Below, piece by piece: positions 15,270 to 63,832 of a stretch of 64,000 nucleotides of DNA (positions are counted from its first letter, which is position 1; each line of letters starts with the position of its first letter). The position numbers and the translations under genes were made by a program. The notes beneath the pieces are model-generated. The model saw only the letters and a program-made list of their open reading frames with translations, was not told the DNA's origin and made no database searches. The stretch is from the human T2T-CHM13v2.0 reference genome, Homo sapiens, in assembly GCF_009914755.1 (NCBI RefSeq), contig NC_060935.1, one strand, 5' to 3'.

Positions 15270-16004
15270 GAAAATCTGAATAGTCAAATATTGACTAAGG
15301 AAATTGAATCCATTACTAAAATTCCACACAAAGAAAATCCCAAGACTAGGTGGTTTCACCTGTAAATTCTGCCAAATATTTAATGAAGAAATAATACCAA
15401 TACTGCACAAACTCTTACAAGAGGAGGCAGATAAAGAAGAAATACTTCCTAACTCTTTTGGCATGGCCAGCATAACCTGCCAAAGACCTGATAAAAAAGG
15501 AAAATTAAATCAAGTTCTTTCTTCTTTTTAAATAGAAATGTAAAAATCCTTAACAAAATATTAGCAAACTGAAACCAGTAAAAAATTTAAAAGGTAATAT
15601 ATCTGAACTAAGTGAGATTTATTTCACAGATGCAAGAGTAATTTAACATTCAAAAATTGATCAATATATCTCATCAAAATAATACACATAAAGATAAAAA
15701 TCATATGAGCATCTCAAAGTATGCAGAAAAAATATTTTTAAAAATTGAATATTCATTCATATCAAACACACTTAGCAAGCTAGGAATAAAGGAGAACTTC
15801 TTTAATGTGAAAAAGAATTCCTACCAATAAAAAAAAAGGAAAAAAACCTACAATGAACATCCTGCTCAATAATAACACTGAAAACTTTCCGCCTGAGAGA
15901 AGGAACAAGACAGAGATACCCATTATCACTACTCATATTCAATATTATACTGGATGGCCTAACCAGTGTAATAAGGCAAGAAAATAAATAAAAGGCATAA
16001 CGAT

Positions 16005-16046
<42 letters not shown>

Positions 16047-18270
16047 CTGTGATTTTTCATAAATGATATGGTTGTATAGATTTTTAAAAATCTGAATTAA
16101 TCTACAAACTATTAGAATCAATAAATGAATTCAATAAGATTGACGTATACAAGATCAGTGTACAAAAATCAGTTGTATTTTCATATGTGAGCAACAAACA
16201 ATTAGAAAATCAATTTTTTAAAAAATATATGGTTAACAATAGCATCAAGAAACATCAAACACCTAGGAATAAATCCAACAATAGATGTGTAAGACATCTG
16301 CACTTAAAACCAAAAGTTGCTACGGACAGAAAGACGTCTTTTTTTTTTTTTTCTTTGAGACAGAGTTTCACTTTTGTTGCCCAGGCTGGAGTGCAGTGGC
16401 ACGATCTCGGCTCATGCAACCTCCACCTCCCGGGTTCAAGTGATTCTTCTGCCTCAGCCTCCCGAGTAGCTGGGATTACAGGTACCTGTCTCCACGTCCA
16501 GCTAATTTTTCGTATTTTTACTAGAAATGGGTTGTCATCATGTTGGCCAGGCTGGTCTCGAACTCCTGACCTCAGGTGATTCACCCACCTTGGCCTCCCA
16601 AAGTGCTGGGATTACAGGTGTGAGCCACTGCACCCGGCCTCAGAAAGAAGTCTTAAGCAAATGGAGGGATATGCCATGTTCATAGATTTGAAGACTAAAT
16701 GCTGTAAAGAAGGCAATTTTTCCCAAATTAAGCTGTAAATTAAAGTCACAATCAAAAATTCCAGCAGGTTTCTTTCCTGCTGAAATTCAAAAACTGATGG
16801 TAAAATTCATGTAGAAATGCAAAAGATCCAAAATAGCCAGAGCAATCCTGAAGAACAATAAAACTGGAAGATCTACACTACAGGTGCCAAGACCTACTAT
16901 AAAGCTATACTAGCTAAGATATTGTAGTGTTGGCAAAAAAAAAAAAAAAAAAAAAAAGACATTGTCAGCTGGAACACAGTCACCTGATTTATGACCATGA
17001 CAACACTGCACTGCAATGAGAAAGGAAAGGTCTTACAATAAATTGTGCTGAGTCAGCTGGATAGCCATATGGAAAATAATATTTCTTGACTCATATCTCA
17101 TACCATATGTTAAAAAAAATTATAGATGAACTGCAGACCCAAATGAGAAAGATAAAACAAAAATATTTTGGAGAACACCTAGGAAACATTTTTCATGGTA
17201 TTGTAATTAATAACCAATTGCTTCTTAAACAGAATACATATAGCACTATCCATAGAAAAAAATGATACATTGACTGTATTAAAATTAGAAATTCTGGTCA
17301 TCAAAAGACACCATTAAGAGAATGAAAAGGCAACAAGTGGAGTGGAAGAAGATATAAATAAAACATATTGCTAGCAATGGTCTCACATCCAGAATATTTG
17401 AAAGAGTACTACAAATCAATAAGCAAAAGACAGACAACCCAACAGAAAAACAGGCAAAAGACTCAGACGTACACCCACATCCATCCACAAAAGAAGATAT
17501 CCAAATGGCCGAAGTAGCCAACTTCATTAGTCAACAGAGATATTCAAGTTAAAACCACATTGCATTACTACTATACACCTTCCAAAATGGCTTAAAAAAA
17601 ATTTTAATTCCAAAAGTGTAATGTCAAGGATGTGCAGCAACTAGGATTTTCATAAGCTGTTGGTGAAAGTGTAAACTGAAACAACCTCTTGAAAAACTAT
17701 AGAGATAAACATATGCATAGCATTATGACCTAGCAATCCCACCCCTCAATATGTACCCAACATAAGTGCATACATATATTCACCAGGAGACACATATTAG
17801 GATGTTCACAGCAACAGTATCTCATAACATCCAGAACCTGAAAACTCAAATATCTGTCAGCTTATGAATGGATAAACAAATTGTTATATATCTACACAGA
17901 GGAAACGCATTTCTGGTACATGCAACATGGTGAATCTCAAAAATATGTTGAGCAGAGAATCCAGACACATAAACACATGCACATGATTCCATTTACATAA
18001 AGTACAAAAACAGGCAATGAAATGGATGATTCTCATAAATATGATGTGGAGCAAAAGAAGCCAGACACAAAAGAGTAAATACACAAGATTCCATTTTCAT
18101 AATGTATAAAAAAGCAAAACTAATCAATTAGAAGTTTATATAATGCTTACCGTTTGGAAAAGCTGGAAGAGAGGAGCACAGAGGTGGTTTCTGGGGTGCT
18201 CGTAATGTTCTGTTTCTTGATCAGACGAGTATTTATTAAACTGCATCCTTATGGTATGTGAATTTTTCTC
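15270..18270 (+). mobile_element. Degenerate L1 ORF2/3'UTR (old L1M) with nested Alu and (GAAA)n
   Basis: Residual ORF2 peptide GFT.KF.QIFNEEIIPILHKL.QE...EILPNSF; ggaacaagacagaga; many stops. Confidence 0.85.
16339..16639 (-). mobile_element. Alu (AluS)
   Basis: TSD cagaaaga(c/a)gtctt. Confidence 0.95.
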
Positions 18271-19779
18271 TCGTTTTTTGGTCTTTTTAATTTTTTATTT
18301 CAATCGCTTTTGGGGTACAAATCGTTTTTGGTTACACGGATAAACTGCATAGTGGTGAGGTCTGAGATTTTAGTGTACCCGTCACCCAAGTTGTGTGCAC
18401 CGTACACAATACTAAGGTGTGTACATTATTTCTCAATAAAAATGTATTTTTAAAAAGTAAAAGGATATGCATGCATACAAACTAATAATAAACATTTGGC
18501 AAAAACATGCCTAATTAAAAGATACAGAAATGTGGTGTGGGGAGGGTAATGGGGAATAGAAATAAAGGGTCCCTTCTGCTGCCCCATGACCCATACACGC
18601 CAGTTAGCCCACGCGGGGCAGCTCTGAATCCAAGTTGGCCTCTAGCCTGTGGGATGGGGAGAGAGGTAAGCCCAGCCCAAACATTTGTGGCCTAGGAGAA
18701 AAAAGTTCAAATACAGATCCACATACCATATATCTAAAATATTAAAAGTTATAAACCAAGTTAACAAACTGTTAAATAAAATATGTTATTCTTGCTCACC
18801 TAGACATATATAGACAAACACACCCCAGCTTCATAATGATCAGGAATGCCAGATTCAAATTTAGAATCCTCAGACTCTCCCAAGCCCCTGGCCCAATCTT
18901 CTCTTCCCAACTCAGCTAACACCCACATTGCAAAAAACCTCAGAATTGCATGTGTGGACACCCCAAGATTTATAAATTGCATCCAAACCCTGACAACCAG
19001 CCATTCCTTGGGCCTAGAAGTGCACACCAGCAGCACAATCTTCCCTTGGGCAGTTGCCCCTGAAAAAAAGGCCCACACAGGTCTGGGAAGCAGGCTGAGG
19101 CCATTTGGGCAGGGCCTTAGAGAGTGGTTTCTAGCTGGGTGCACAGACTCTGAATGGACACATCCCCTTGGGCCCACGTACTCCTTGCCTCATGAGAAGG
19201 ACACAACCAAAGAGGATAAGGTTAAGAGCCTCTATTGCCAGTTTAAGGGCAACACTAGAGACAAGAGTGCCCTATTCTCCACTTACCCACCCCCACCAAA
19301 TTGAAATAAGAGCTGACACTTCTGCTACACTTTACGGTTTACAAAGCACCTTCACAAACAATACTCTTAATCAATCCCCACAGTCTTGTAAGCTTGTTAC
19401 ATATCACAATTTGAGAGATGGGGAAACTGAGCTAAAAGTGACTTGCCTGAAGTCACACAGTTAAAACCTGAGTACTCCTAGGTCTCCAGTGGAGGAGTTT
19501 CTCCTCCGAATTTCAAAGGTTGTACTCTTTCCATGACTCAACACTGCCATGCATCCCCCAGCTTTGTAAAGAACCCAAGGGCTAAAAAGGAATTGGAAAT
19601 TGTAAATATGTAGTTGAAACATTTTGGAAAAAAGACCATAGTCAGGGAAGGAAATCTAACACCAAATACAGAAAAGTTCTGGGAAAGAGTCTGGGCCCAG
19701 AGCAAAAATCATCACTGGGACAAAGACTACTATGTAGGGTAGCAATCCCAGCTGGGTCGTGGGGACTCCATTCCCACTC

Positions 19780-20100
19780 CAAACCACAAAATGAGTGCCT
19801 TCAAAACATTTAAGCAATCCTCACCCAAATTCCACACAAATTACATGGAGGGGGGTCCTGGCTCCACAGCCCTCCTTCTCTCCACTGAAAATACTTTATC
19901 AATGACAGGGCAGCATAAAGCCACAGACCTCCATCTGCTCTAGGACAATCCAGACAGCAGCGTGGCACCAGGCCCAGGTAAGGCCCGACCCTCCTCCAGC
20001 AAGGACCCGCTAAGGCTATGCCTCCCTCTAATTAGCAGGGCCTGGCTCAGGGCCTGGGCAGTTATTTAGAGAACCATCGCCTGCTCCCAGCAGAGATATC
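19780..20100 (+). promoter_or_regulatory. PANX3: PANX3 proximal promoter
   Basis: RUNX consensus AACCACA 19782-19788, homeodomain palindrome CTAATTAG 20028-20035, TATA-like TATTTA 20063-20068; PANX3 is an established RUNX2 target in bone/cartilage. Confidence 0.6.
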
Positions 20101-20220
20101 CATAAGGCTGGGGTGGCAGGCACTGTCTGCCCAAAGTCAGCTGCCTGAAGCTGCCGTCTCCTCATTCCACCATCCCAGGACCCCTGCTGCCACCTCTGCA
20201 CCCCCAAGCTCAGCAGCATC

Positions 20221-28599
<8,379 letters not shown>

Positions 28600-28996
28600 T
28601 TAAGAAACCATGGAGCAAGAAAGCTTGTGGAAAGTCTCTCTCCTTCCTCATAAGACATGCACACTAATACACATACACACCAAAAAATTACACATTTTAA
28701 AACTGCTAAGCTTGGATTTAACTGAATCATATATCTTTTATCATGTTATCCTAAAAGTGAGAAGACATAACCAAGACATGGAAATAAATGTGAAAGCTGG
28801 AGCCGAAGAGTCAAAGAGCTAAAAAATTAAGTCTAGAACATTCTATGAGGATAGTATAAATAAAAAGAAATACAGTCTAGACATGCTGCAAGGAAAGAAG
28901 ATTCTAAAGTCCGTTTATGGAGGCAATTCCATATCCTTTCTTGAACGCACATTCAGCTTACCCCAGAGAGCAAGTGAGGCAATCTGGCAAAAGATT

Positions 28997-29002
28997 AATA
29001 AA
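28997..29002 (+). terminator. PANX3: PANX3 polyadenylation signal (AATAAA; alternatives at 28783 and 28859)
   Basis: AATAAA followed by a GT-rich tract (ctttggtgtgg) ~25 nt downstream. Confidence 0.6.
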
Positions 29003-31747
29003 GATGTAAACCCCTGGAAACCCTTTGGTGTGGCCTGAAATCCTAGGAATTTACCCAGCTTGCTTTGTAGAAGTTATCAACCTTGTCCAAGTCCTCTGTA
29101 GCCTCCAAAGTGCTGGGAGATGATGGCTTCAATTTGTAATCTGCTCTTAGGACGTAAGGACATAGTAGAACAAGGCTGGGGCCATGTCTCAGCCGTGAGT
29201 GGAGCCTTCAGGTGCCCAGATACACTTTTCACCATCTAAACCAGGAACTCATTTCACCAGGGGCTGGGATTATGGGCTATGGACTTCTTCACAACTGTTA
29301 ACGGAGCCAGGTATGCTTTTAATACTCCAGAGGATACTATGCCTTCCCTTACAGCTAATCACTGAATAGCAAGCACTTACAAATGGGTAGACAGTAAAGT
29401 GCTATTGAACTTCTTTCTCTTCTGATTTATTACCCTATTTTAGCTTCTAACTCCCATTCCTATGCCTGTAGTTAATGGAACTTTGGTCTGACTTCAAAGA
29501 CCACACTCAGACACAATATCATGCTGTCTGCCATTTTATATTTCTTTTTAGAGCTACACATTATGCATTTCTTTAAAGAATTTTTGCATAGGCCATTTAG
29601 ACCCTTCTTCGTATAGTTAAGTAGAAAAGTTGTGTTGCTTCTGACAGATTCAGGTAAGTTTACCTAACACAAGCAAAGAGCTGATAGATGGTTTCCTATT
29701 GTCACTGGGTCAAAGTCCAACTCTTCAGTTGGTACACAAGACTTTTCATGACCCAAAAAACCCTACTTACTGCTTCAGTCTCTCTTCTTGCTTCTCTCTA
29801 CACACATCTTTCACACTGATCAACTACTTGCAGTTCCCATACTGAGCCTTTGCATATGCTGTCTCCACCATCCAGCATGCCCCCCTTTGTTCTTCACTGG
29901 GCCAACCAACCACTACCTCTCCTTCAGAGTCTGCCCAGATGTATCTCCTTTAAGAAACCTTTCCTATCTCCTCCCTCCTTCCCTGAGTGCTGCCAAATAA
30001 AATAAAACCTACCTCTGAAACAAACTTATTATACCATATTAACATTGCCAATTTACTTGTCTGTCTTTCCTTCTTAAATTAAGGTTCTTAAAGGTGGTAT
30101 CATAATAGGCACTAGGTAAATATTCTTCTAAACAAATAAGGACTGAATGAGTTGCTCAGTGGCATGACCTTTGTGGAGCACACATATCCAGCCTCTGAAC
30201 AGTCCTATATGGAAAAAGCTTTGGACGCAAAGATATGCTTTTAATGGAATTGACCAAAAAGTCAAAGAACATGGAAATAATTATGCAAAATATAATATAG
30301 CCATAACTGGAATATTAACCAGCCACTTAAAATTATGCTTATAAGGAAGCTATACTAACATTTGTGAAACTGAAATGATACAATGGTAAATGAACAAAAA
30401 GAAAACTTTATTTTCAGTATTGTCTAACCTATACAAAAATGCATAAAATATTAGACACATATACTAACATGGTAAAAGTAGTTCATTCCAAGTGGTAGCA
30501 TTATGGATTTTTAAACCTTTCTTGTACTATATTTTCTAAATTTCTAAAGTTCGAATGAAATGTTTTGTAAGTGTAAGGAAATGTGTCCAATGAAGAAGAA
30601 ACAAAAAATATCTTCATGCAAATCCCACTAAAGTCCATTGGCCAAAACAGCCTGCAAACTAGGACAAAGGATAGCACTTTTCTTCCCCCTAGATGTGATA
30701 CATGTATATGAAAATAAATAATACAAATAAAGTCAGACCCCAAAGCCCGCAAGGACAAAATACAGCAGAACAGCAAATTTTTTTTTTGAGAGAAAAAACT
30801 AGAGAGTTACTGAACTAGTTATTGGCATCGCTGGAAGAAGATGCAAGCAAGCCTTCTGCCATCCAGCCTGGGTCACTTACCAATACCGCACCCTAAAGAT
30901 TTTTCTATCTTCCCTAATTTTAAATAGACCTTGGTTGTAAAGTTAGAACCATATACATGTACATATTATGTACAGAAATACACTTCTGGTTTCACTAGAC
31001 AAACATTTACTGAGTGCCTACTTAGTGCTAGTATTAAAACTGCGTGTTAAATCTCTCATCTTCCCTACTAGAAAGAGCCAAGGCCTTTCTTCCTGTTCAC
31101 TACTGTGTTCCCAGCTCCTGGGAAGATGATAGCATTAGGAGGCCCTGCAAACACATTTCTGTGAGCTGCAGAAAGGAACGAAGCAGGGAAAGAAGCAGAG
31201 TCCCAGCACTTGGGCTCACTTTGTCCTACAGTCTGGGAAAGCCTGTCTGCACGAAGCATGAAAAACGTATTAAAACGCAGTGGCCCAGCGGGGGAGCGTG
31301 AATGAGAGCTCGCATTGGTAAGCTTCTTGTTAGTTCGTTGGTTCAACTATAGTACCCTTCAGCTAAGCACACGGCCGCCGGCCCTCCCTCCTCTCCTCAT
31401 CCAGCACTAGCCCCCAGCTGTCTCTTTCCTCCCGGTGCCCACGATCGCACCGCCCAGACCACCCTACTCTCCCTGCCCCGGAAGTTACACACTGCCGACA
31501 CCGGGACGTAACTTCCGGGAAGGGCTTACTTCCAAGACAGACACGGAAGTGCTGGGAGGCGCCGGGAGCCCGTTCGGTTGCGGGTGTCTCTGGCCCTGCG
31601 GTCAGCCCTGGGAACGTCCCGGAGAGCTAGATTCCTAGAGGCCCGATTCCGCTAGCCCGGAACAGACAAAGCCAGCGCTCCCGCCCGCTCCCCGACTTAG
31701 GATCCGATGCCGGCAGCGTCCTGGGGCCCCCGTAGCGGGGCTGGACC

Positions 31748-40896
<9,149 letters not shown>

Positions 40897-41076
40897 ACAA
40901 GAAGGGATCAGATGCCACATCGTTTTTGTCGTGATTAATTTAACTTAAACTAAAATTTTGGGTATATGAAAGAAGGCAGCAATTCAGAAGTAAAGAAGAT
41001 ACTAACGTATTTCATCATGGAAGGTCCTGTGGTGATGGTTTTCCCTGGGAAAACCTTCAGCTGCTTTATTTTTAGT

Positions 41077-41082
41077 AATAAA
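41077..41082 (+). terminator. TBRG1: TBRG1 proximal polyadenylation signal
   Basis: First AATAAA after the stop, with T/GT-rich sequence downstream. Confidence 0.7.
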
Positions 41083-41197
41083 TTTCTCTTGTCAATTCTG
41101 TTTACTTTCATCTTGTAATCGGGATGTAATCTTTTTTGCTTAGCTCTGCCTGAGGTAAAGTAAACTTCAGCCTCTTATAAACAAGAGTGATAGAGAG

Positions 41198-41545
41198 CTG
41201 CAGGCTGCTACAACAAATACCATAGACAGGTTGGTTTATAAATAACATGAATTTATTTCTCACAGTTCTGGATGCTGGGAAGTCCAAGTTCAAGGAGCGC
41301 AGATTCAATGTCTGGTGAGGGCCCACTTCCTAGTTCTTAGACAGCTGTCTTCCTGCAGTGTCCTCACGTGGTAGAAGAGGAAGGCAGCTCTCCGGGGTCC
41401 CTTTTATAAGATCACTAAGCCGGTTCATGAGAGGTCTGCTCTCATGACCTAATCACCTCCCAAAGGCCCCACCTCCCAATACCATCACATTAGGGGTTAG
41501 GATTTAACATGAATTTTGGGGACATATAAACATTAAGTCTGTAGT
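41198..41545 (-). mobile_element. MaLR (MLT1A-like) LTR
   Basis: aacaaataccatagac...tttctcacagttctgga...atgacctaatcacctcccaaaggcccc. Confidence 0.85.
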
Positions 41546-42720
41546 AGCAGCAGCTGACTAACGAGGGAGATAGGGAGATTCTGACAAACTTCTACTCTTG
41601 ATTGTGATCCTAATTCAAGGAATATCAAGTCCCAGCCCCTGCAACCCAGGCTGCTGCTTAATTTTCATGTCAGTATCATCAAAATCCAATGTTCTGCTTA
41701 AACTCAAGATGGAAAGTCCAGTCCAAGGTACACTGTTCATCTTTTTCTTCACATTTTGCACATCCTTCAAGGGGATCTTTAACCTCTTTAACCTTTGTAT
41801 TGCACCTCAGATAATGTGCTTTTTAGCTCAGTACACTGAAACCATATGATAACACAAATTCACATATAATTGGGGGTTAGTCCCATACTCTATAACAGAC
41901 TTAGTCCTGTCTTTTCATTAGCCATGTAATAATATAACTCCATGTTCCATGCAACTGGATTTTTGGACCCTGTTAATAGCATTAAGGTAGAGGTTTACTC
42001 TATCACCTAACACCTCAACACTACCTGTGGGATGCCTTAGTTACCCAGCAGCAGGTTACCAAGGGCTGTCTGGAAAGGGAGGGACAAAAGGACCCAGAAG
42101 TAGAAGAATGGGGATGGAGTGGTGAGAATTGAATGGTTAATGCACTGCCATTCATAATTGCCAATTGAGGACAACACAAATGGGATTGGTACTTTATAGT
42201 AATAAATCTGACCAGCAGAGGGAGGGATCAGGCAGCAGTGTTTAGAGCACACCACACTGGCCACTGTAAACTGAGAAGCTAAGTTAACTGGTATTTTATG
42301 ATTTTGAGTATAGTCTTTTTATAAGTTGTATACACTTTACAATGTAAAAGAAACAAACTTTGTATAATAGCAAATCGGGAAGGGGACTGCTTAAAATGTT
42401 AATGCAGTGTTTTTCTTTTTTTCTCTGCATAAATGGCTTGAGCATACTGGCATTTACACAGAAATGATATATGCTGCTTTTATCATATAACAAATATTTT
42501 CCCACTATTACAGCCTGAGTAATACCCGTATTAAAAGAGCCTCATTTTAGAAAGACATTTAAAATTTTTGGAACATACCACATGTAGAAAGGTTGAACTG
42601 GTTTTTCAGCTATAATGCATATACAACTATAGTGTGTACGTATACCACATATACATATACTTGTATGAAGATATGTGTAAAATGTTTTTACTATGGATCA
42701 TGGATTTAAGAAACTTGAAA

Positions 42721-43042
<322 letters not shown>

Positions 43043-44467
43043 CTATCTTTTCATCTATCAGATTGTTAAGGATTTTTTTTAAATTTGACAACATCCAGTG
43101 TCAATGAGGGTGAGGGCAAAAAAAGGACTACCTTGGTGAGAATGTAAGTTGTTTAATCCTTTGGGAGGGTTAAGCTGTAGATATCTAAATTTTAAATATA
43201 TATTTATCCTCTTCCATGTTAAGAACCCTAAGAAATAACTGGACGAGTGTGGTATGATGTTTGCATGTGATATTCATTACAGTATTATTTTAATAGTAGA
43301 AAATTGTTAAAAATCTATATGTCCATTAATAGGAAATTGGTTAAATAAAATGAGGCTTCCACAAACTGAAACACTCTAAATCTATATTCTATTATTTACA
43401 TAAGAAAATTATTTTGGTAAAGTAAGTAAGTCAAAAACACAGATTACAAAATAATATGTACTGTATAAAATTATATAACTCAAGTCAAGTGAATGGTTCA
43501 GCAAAATAGTGTTTCTCTGAATGATGAATTTGGGGGTGATTTTTACTTGCTTATACTTTAGTGTCCAAATTTTCTACAGTGACTATAAATTTCATTTTAA
43601 AACTAAAAAGTTCTTACATTTGGGGAAATGCAGTGAATTCCCACATCATGTTTTAAATTACTCAGCCACTAAAAATGAATGTGCATGGCGTCATTAACAT
43701 AATCATTGCCTGAACCGTATTTTTCACACTATGTACTCTAGGTTCCTGGAGGTGAAAGGAATCTGGACTTAGAGTTCTTGGCTACCTCTGGCTGCCCCCG
43801 AATTAGAACAGCCCATGGGGGTATGTGTATTGGGAGTGGAGGAGTGGACGGGTAGATTGACTTTTTCTCAGGCATCAATCTGTTACAAGGTTCATGGTTT
43901 CTATGGGGCCAGATGCATGAGAGGTCAAAGCATGGGCAATAGGGGTTAACTGAACGAGTTGAATGCTAGGAAGTCCTCAGGGGAGCCAACGTTCCTTGTA
44001 AAGTGTGTAGATTTTTTGTTTTTTAACTAAATAAAATCTTGGCACTGACAAAGTTATTCCTGCTGTTTGGAGCTACACCAGAACCCCTTGGAACTCTACA
44101 GAGGGGTAGAACTAAAGCAAAAACCATCATTCACCCTACAGAGTATTATAAATTTCATTTTCACACAGTAAAAAGTTCCTAAATTGGGGGAAACATAGTG
44201 AATTCCACATAATGTTTTAAATTATTCAGCCACTAAAAATAAATTTACATATGATTTCATTAATATATTCACTATCTAAACCATATTTTTTACACTACGT
44301 AAAATACATTGTATATGTACAGTGAGTGATGCTTTTTGCTTTAGTTCTCATTTTTCACATTAAGGGGAGGAAAGCTACCCATAGATAGTATTCTTACTCC
44401 TTTTCACATGCTTCAAGGACAGTTTGCAAGTGGATATAAATACATACACATCACTAGTGATTATGCT

Positions 44468-44477
44468 TTTATTTATT
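44468..44477 (-). terminator. SIAE: SIAE polyadenylation signals (two overlapping AATAAA; ATTAAA at 44524-44529)
   Basis: First canonical minus-strand AATAAA I found downstream of the SIAE stop. Confidence 0.65.
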
Positions 44478-44556
44478 TCCAACTTCTTATAGGTAACATA
44501 ATTTTCAGACAATGTTAGCTGTTTTTAATCCATCAGTAAACTGCATTAAGATTCTT

Positions 44557-44562
44557 AATAAA
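44557..44562 (+). terminator. TBRG1: Candidate TBRG1 distal polyadenylation signal
   Basis: AATAAA followed by a U-rich tract (44602-44610); one of several + strand AATAAA between 42.2 and 44.6 kb. Confidence 0.45.
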
Positions 44563-45116
44563 CAAACACTGAAGGCCTCTTTCATATTTGTATCATCTGC
44601 ATTTTTTTTTATATGCTTGTCATGTGGCTTTACTTTCAGCCTCACTCTTTTCTTCTTCCAAATGGATTATCCTTAAACCTTTTACCTTTAAAGAGCCTGA
44701 GATTTATATTTAACTCGAACAACAGTTTGCCTCTGTTGCCCCTGTGTTCATGTTTTCCTAAGCCAGAGTTTCCCACGCCTCCTGTTCCTGGCAGCCCAAG
44801 TGCCTTCGCTGGGCTACTCCCACCTGGCCCTTGCTTTTCATTCCTTAGGGCAGTCACTTAGCACCTTCCAAAGTGCCTGCACATGTTTCTTATTTCATTT
44901 CTTAAACATTCATATTACCACTATTTAGATTGAAGGAACAGAATTGGTTTGGGCTTGAAGAGAATACAAAGAGATCTGTCTTCAATTATCTGATAGTAGT
45001 AAAGTTTCACGGGAGAAAGAAAGATTTCGGTTCCACATAAGGAAAAACTTGGAAAGTTTTGAATGGAAAGTTCATAGAGAGATTCAGTAACCACCTGTCA
45101 GGAATTTTGTAAAGAC

Positions 45117-45206
45117 GTCTACGGCCATATCACCCTGAACGCGCCTGATCTCATCTGATCTCGGAAGCTAAGCAGGGTCGGGCCTGGTTAGTACTTGGAT
45201 GGGAGA
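45117..45206 (+). pseudogene. RNA5SP352: 5S rRNA retropseudogene (nt 1-90, tailless), probably RNA5SP352
   Basis: GTCTACGGCCATA...GGATGGGAGA, 3 differences from human 5S over 90 nt; imperfect flanking TSD AATTTTGTAAAGAC / AATTTTATAAAGAA; the number in the symbol is from memory. Confidence 0.93.
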
Positions 45207-45608
45207 AATTTTATAAAGAACACATGAACACTAGCTGGCCTATGTGGCCTTTAAAATCTCTTCCAATCCTGAGATTCCCACAACTCTGGATAAAAAGGGG
45301 CAAAAGTATTAGACATTTCACTCCCATTAATATGAGGGAAGTAAATGACATTGAGGTCCAATTTGTCTGTAGTTCAGAATTAGTCCAATACAGACCCTTA
45401 GACCAACTAGGGAACAAAAAGCAAGCATTTCAAGTTACCTATAAGCCTGGGCTCATCAGAATATAGAAACAGCCATGTGCTAGCTGAAAGCCATTCAATG
45501 AGGCTTTCTATTAATTTCCTTTAAAAGCAATGGTTATTATTGAAACTCCTAAATGCTAAAATCTGAAGGACCCATCCTTATATCTAAGTTCTGATCATAC
45601 TGAAACAG

Positions 45609-63451
<17,843 letters not shown>

Positions 63452-63832
63452 CTGGAAAAGAAATTGAAACGTCATTTAACCTAGCAGGTGGTGAACTAGC
63501 CTGACACCTCTTAGTAAACATCAGTCCTCTGAGCTCCTGAGCTTTCAATATACTGAGATCAAATTAATAACCAAAACCAATGGGCTGCACTGAATCACCT
63601 TGATCCACTTTTACCAAAAGAGACCAGGATGAATCATGTTCCCAAAGAGGGTAGAAATATAATGAAATCTGTGATCTTAAGGAGCAGGTCTATGTTAGAC
63701 AAGAGGAGCCGTGAAGTAGCTGAGGCTAAAGAATATTGCCCAGCACTTACAACACTCTGATACCTTGAAACTGAAATATTTCTACTCTGAAAAAGTATCT
63801 CATAACACAAAACCAGACCAATTAACTTCTTC

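Noticed and set aside
18800-19464. Overlapping 98-152 aa ORFs upstream of PANX3
   Set aside because: No recognisable domain or splice structure; they run into MIR-like sequence.
19972-19984. Consensus donor CAG|GTAAGG upstream of PANX3 (another at ~18665)
   Set aside because: No convincing partner acceptor or promoter; such motifs occur by chance.
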